Positions 50,458-53,701 of a stretch of 53,701 nt of DNA are shown here, in pieces. Every line of letters begins with the position of its first letter. Position 1 is the first letter of the stretch. A model generated the notes under the pieces. That model had not been told where the DNA came from. It ran no database searches and saw nothing but the letters and a program-made list of their open reading frames with translations. The translations under genes were made by a program, and so were the position numbers. Origin of the DNA: Vescimonas coprocola (GTDB lineage: Bacteria; Bacteroidota; Bacteroidia; Bacteroidales; Bacteroidaceae); NCBI GenBank assembly GCA_963620725.1, contig CAVFBU010000002.1:1-53701 (forward strand), written 5' to 3'.

Positions 50458-51416
50458 GTCGTCTGTATGCACCGCATATTGGTGGCCAGCTGTTCCACAC
50501 TGCTGGCTCCCACCAACACACTGGTGACACCGCGTTGTCGGAGTATCCATGCCAGTGCAGCCTCAGCCAGCGACTCGCCCCGGTCGCTGGCTTCTTTGTT
50601 CCACTGGCGTAGCTGCTCCAGCAGCTCCGGGGTCAGCGCCGAGTGTTTCAAGAAGTGCTCCTTGGCCATGCGGCTGTCGGCAGGTATGCCGTTGAGGTAG
50701 CGGTTGGTGAGCAGTCCCTGTGCCAGCGGCGAGAACGACACGAAACCGACTCCCTCGGCGATGCAGAGGTCAAGCGTGCCGTTCTGTTGTGGCGCACGTT
50801 GCAGCATATTGAGCTTGTCCTGGAAAACCAGCAACGGTGTGTCGTGCGCCTTCAGATAGGCCACGGCCGTCTGCAGTGCCTCCAGCGGCCAGCGGCTGAT
50901 GCCCAGGTAAAGAGCCTTCCCCTGTCTCACGATGTCCACCATGGCCTGCAGCGTCTCTTCGAGTGGCGTGTTGGGGTCGTAGCGGTGGCTGTAGAACAGG
51001 TCGACATAGTCGAGGTGCATCCGTGAGAGGCTTTGGTCAATGCTCGCTATGAGGTATTTGCGCGAGCCCCAGTTGCCGTAGGGTCCCGACCACATATCAT
51101 AGCCGGCCTTGGTGGAGATGAACAGCTCGTCGCGGTAGCGTTTGAAGTCATCGTCCATCAGTCGTCCCAACGTCTCCTCCGCCGAACCATAGGTCGGTCC
51201 GTAGTTGTTGGCAAGGTCGAAATGCGTAATGCCGTGGTCGAAGGCATAGTGCGTGATGGCGCGGCTGCGCTCGTAGGGGTCAACGCTCCCGAAGTTGTGC
51301 CAGAAGCCTAAGCTAATCTTCGGCAGCAACACGCCACTGCGTCCGCAGCGGCGGTACATCTTTTCCGCGTCGTCATAGCGTGCGTCATCGGCGGTATAGA
51401 TTTCTTTCAGTTCCAT
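50454..51416 (-). CDS. Aldo/keto reductase (YghZ/Gpr-like)
   Basis: [52 protein letters not shown]. Confidence 0.92.
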   Translation of the reverse strand: MELKEIYTADDARYDDAEKMYRRCGRSGVLLPKISLGFWHNFGSVDPYERSRAITHYAFDHGITHFDLANNYGPTYGSAEETLGRLMDDDFKRYRDELFISTKAGYDMWSGPYGNWGSRKYLIASIDQSLSRMHLDYVDLFYSHRYDPNTPLEETLQAMVDIVRQGKALYLGISRWPLEALQTAVAYLKAHDTPLLVFQDKLNMLQRAPQQNGTLDLCIAEGVGFVSFSPLAQGLLTNRYLNGIPADSRMAKEHFLKHSALTPELLEQLRQWNKEASDRGESLAEAALAWILRQRGVTSVLVGASSVEQLATNMRCIQTT

Positions 51417-51534
51417 ATCATTTTTTAGTGATGTTTGTCAGAGCCATGTTTCGTATCTGCAAAAATACAACAATTATACGAGACCGCCATCATTTCATCC
51501 GCCTTTTTTCCACCTTAAAAATACTGGCTGCAGT

Positions 51535-51618
51535 ATTGCCTTGACTTTTGGAAGATTCAACAGCATCATTGCCTTGACTTTTGGAAGATTTAACAGTGTT
51601 ATTGCCTTGACTTTTGGA
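51535..51618 (+). repeat. Three copies of an 18-bp core at 33-bp period, overlapping the promoter of the AAA_14/DUF4143 gene
   Basis: ATTGCCTTGACTTTTGGA at 51535, 51568 and 51601; TACCTTTG at 51628-51635. Confidence 0.93.
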
Positions 51619-51662
51619 TAAAATACGTACCTTTGCACTGTTTTTCAGACAATTATGTAAAT

Positions 51663-53018
51663 ATGACCTACTACAAGAGAAATATTGACAAGAAACTGCT
51701 GGAATGGAAGGATGCTCCCAGACGAAAACCGCTGCTGGTTCGAGGTGCAAGGCAAGTGGGGAAGTCTACTGCCGTGAGAGAGTTTGGCAAATGTTTCAAA
51801 TACTTCGTGGAAGTGAATCTGGAACGTCAACCGTCAGTCCGGCAGTTGTTCACAAAGGATATCAACGTGTTCCGTACTTGCGAGGGCATCAGCGCAATGA
51901 CGGGCATACCCGTCGTTGCCGGCGAGACGTTGCTCTTCATTGACGAGATTCAAGCCAGTCAGGAGGCAATAATGTCCCTGCGCTATTTCAAGGAAGACTA
52001 TCCCGACCTGCACGTTATTGCGGCCGGTTCACTGTTGGAGTTCGCCCTGGAAGAACTGCCGTCCTTTGGAGTCGGCAGAATACGCTCCCTCTATATGTAC
52101 CCGTTCTCGTTTGACGAATTCCTTTCGGCTCAGGGACTGGACGTTACCGTGGACTACAAGCAACGGGCATCGGCCTGCTCACCCCTGCCGGAAGCGGTAC
52201 ACAACGAACTGGTGGCGCAGTTGAAGACCTTCTACCTCGTGGGCGGCATGCCCGCTGCCGTTGCCGAATGGGCGGCCTCCAGAAGCTATATTGAATGTGC
52301 TCATGTGCATCATGATATTCTGGACACCTACCAGGATGACTTTGCCAAATACAAGGCGAGGGTGTCTCCAGTGTTGTTGAGAAAAGTCTTGCGATCGGTC
52401 GCCCTGCAGGCTGGGGACAAATTCGTGTTCAGACAGGTGGATGGCGACGTGCACTCCTCTGCCGTCAGGGAAGCACTCCACCTGTTGACATTGGCCGGTC
52501 TGGTAATGCCTGTCACGCACAGCGACGGAAACGGCACGCCATTGGGGGCCGAAGAAAACTGTCGCTACACCAAATATCTGTTCCTGGATTTGGGCTTGAT
52601 GCAGACGATGCTTGGCACGCCTTCTGCCGAGGTACTGCTCGCCTCAGATGTTGATTTCGTCAACAAAGGGGCAGCCTCGGAGATGTTTGCCGGGCTGGAA
52701 ATGACGAAGTACCGGGATTGCTTTCAGAAGGCAGAACTATTCTATTGGCAGAATGGGGCCCGCGGAACGAATGCCGAGATAGACTATCTGGAGGCCAGAG
52801 ACGGCAGGGTGGTGCCGATAGAGGTGAAGGCAAATACGCGGGGCAGTATGCAAAGCCTGTGGCTGTTCATGAGAAAAAAGGGGATATCCGATGCCGTTCG
52901 AACTTCTTTGGAGAACTTCGGCACATTGGAGTATATCGACAAGGAAGCCGACAATGCCCATCGCCATGTCAGCATCATTCCGCTCTATGCGTTGAGCAAC
53001 TTAACGCTATCTCGTTGA
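51663..53018 (+). CDS. AAA_14 + DUF4143 ATPase with a C-terminal PD-(D/E)XK-like motif
   Basis: GARQVGKS, LFIDEIQ, AAGS, YPFSFDEF, VGGMP, KYLFLDLGL, EIDYL...PIEVK. Confidence 0.9.
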   Translation: MTYYKRNIDKKLLEWKDAPRRKPLLVRGARQVGKSTAVREFGKCFKYFVEVNLERQPSVRQLFTKDINVFRTCEGISAMTGIPVVAGETLLFIDEIQASQEAIMSLRYFKEDYPDLHVIAAGSLLEFALEELPSFGVGRIRSLYMYPFSFDEFLSAQGLDVTVDYKQRASACSPLPEAVHNELVAQLKTFYLVGGMPAAVAEWAASRSYIECAHVHHDILDTYQDDFAKYKARVSPVLLRKVLRSVALQAGDKFVFRQVDGDVHSSAVREALHLLTLAGLVMPVTHSDGNGTPLGAEENCRYTKYLFLDLGLMQTMLGTPSAEVLLASDVDFVNKGAASEMFAGLEMTKYRDCFQKAELFYWQNGARGTNAEIDYLEARDGRVVPIEVKANTRGSMQSLWLFMRKKGISDAVRTSLENFGTLEYIDKEADNAHRHVSIIPLYALSNLTLSR

Positions 53019-53043
53019 CACCTGAGGTAGCACCTTTTGACGA

Positions 53044-53700
53044 CTATTCCCGGATGATCCAGTCGCTGATGGTGCGCTGCTGGCTGTCATAGTTGACACC
53101 GACCTTCACCAGTCGTTTGCCGTCTGCGGAGTAGGGGATGAGGTAGCCCTTGTCGTCAATCTGGCGGAGTGCCTCCTCAGCGGAGCCGTCGTATTTCAGT
53201 TCGAAGACGTAGACGGTGTCGGGCATGTGGAGCACGGCATCGGCACGCCCCACGGCACTGTCTTCCTCCACCTTGATGTAGGCTCCCATGAGGTTGAAGA
53301 TGAGGTAGAACATGGTCTGGAAGTCGCGTTCGTTCTTGTTTGACAGACGGTTGGAGATGCCGGCAAGATAGGCTTTCAGACGGGTCATCGCCCCTTCCAA
53401 GTTGTTGTCATAGAGATGCTCCACGAACTGGATGACGAGGCTGTTGTTGTCGACGGACACCGGCGAGAGGTAGTTGGGGGCGAGACTCTTCAGCATGCCT
53501 ATCTTCACCTCCGTGTTGGGATAGCCCAGTATGTAGCTCTTGGTGAGCGGACTGTATTTCTTGATGGTCAGGTAGCCGCTTTGGTAGAGCAGCGGCAGGG
53601 CGGAGGTCATCTGTTCCGGGGAAACATCGAAATCGTCGATGCTGATGCCCTTCTGCTCGATGTCCGTCACGTTGACGTGGTATTTTTGCAGGCTCTTGAT
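53044..53700 (-). CDS. C-terminal part of an AAA-ATPase-like / PD-(D/E)XK nuclease protein, truncated by the window edge
   Basis: [26 protein letters not shown]...YVFELK...AL.QI..KGY; frame open to the window end. Confidence 0.88.
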   Translation of the reverse strand: MKSLQKYHVNVTDIEQKGISIDDFDVSPEQMTSALPLLYQSGYLTIKKYSPLTKSYILGYPNTEVKIGMLKSLAPNYLSPVSVDNNSLVIQFVEHLYDNNLEGAMTRLKAYLAGISNRLSNKNERDFQTMFYLIFNLMGAYIKVEEDSAVGRADAVLHMPDTVYVFELKYDGSAEEALRQIDDKGYLIPYSADGKRLVKVGVNYDSQQRTISDWIIRE

Positions 53701-53701
53701 G

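Noticed and set aside
51535..51618. Mini CRISPR array
   Set aside because: The core is only 18 bp, the 15-bp intervals resemble each other (tandem duplication), and no cas genes are present.
51490..51750. 86-aa minus-strand ORF with SKSQGN repeats
   Set aside because: A by-product of the 33-bp repeat; it overlaps the ATPase gene start and promoter.

Overview
Chromosomal window from a Bacteroidales bacterium, probably Prevotella-like. Evidence: TAnnTTTG promoter boxes, A-rich leaders without Shine-Dalgarno sequences, and conserved Bacteroidales gene orders. Housekeeping blocks are tig-clpP-clpX-recQ-guaB-PPIase-surA-OstA-like-mutL, dxs-trkA-trkH-manA and purB-pseudouridine synthase-asnS. Accessory modules between them: (1) a GIN/ECF sigma/anti-sigma/beta-barrel envelope cluster; (2) an Avd/IVP-like four-helix-bundle gene embedded in three mutually complementary ATGGGA/TCCCAT repeat arrays, with its promoter inside a 26/27-bp inverted repeat (the most unusual structure here); (3) a GH29/AraC L-galactose (or L-fucose) oxidation cluster broken by two apparent deletions; (4) a PARIS-like ABC-ATPase + DUF4435/TOPRIM pair; (5) a TonB receptor/lipoprotein/beta-barrel/M16 peptidase operon resembling protein-import (iron-piracy) systems; (6) an AAA_14/DUF4143 ATPase-nuclease with a 33-bp-period repeat over its promoter, convergent with a PD-(D/E)XK ATPase gene. 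I saw no tRNA, rRNA, CRISPR array, reverse transcriptase, integrase or transposase. All family assignments come from motif recognition by eye; no database searches were run.
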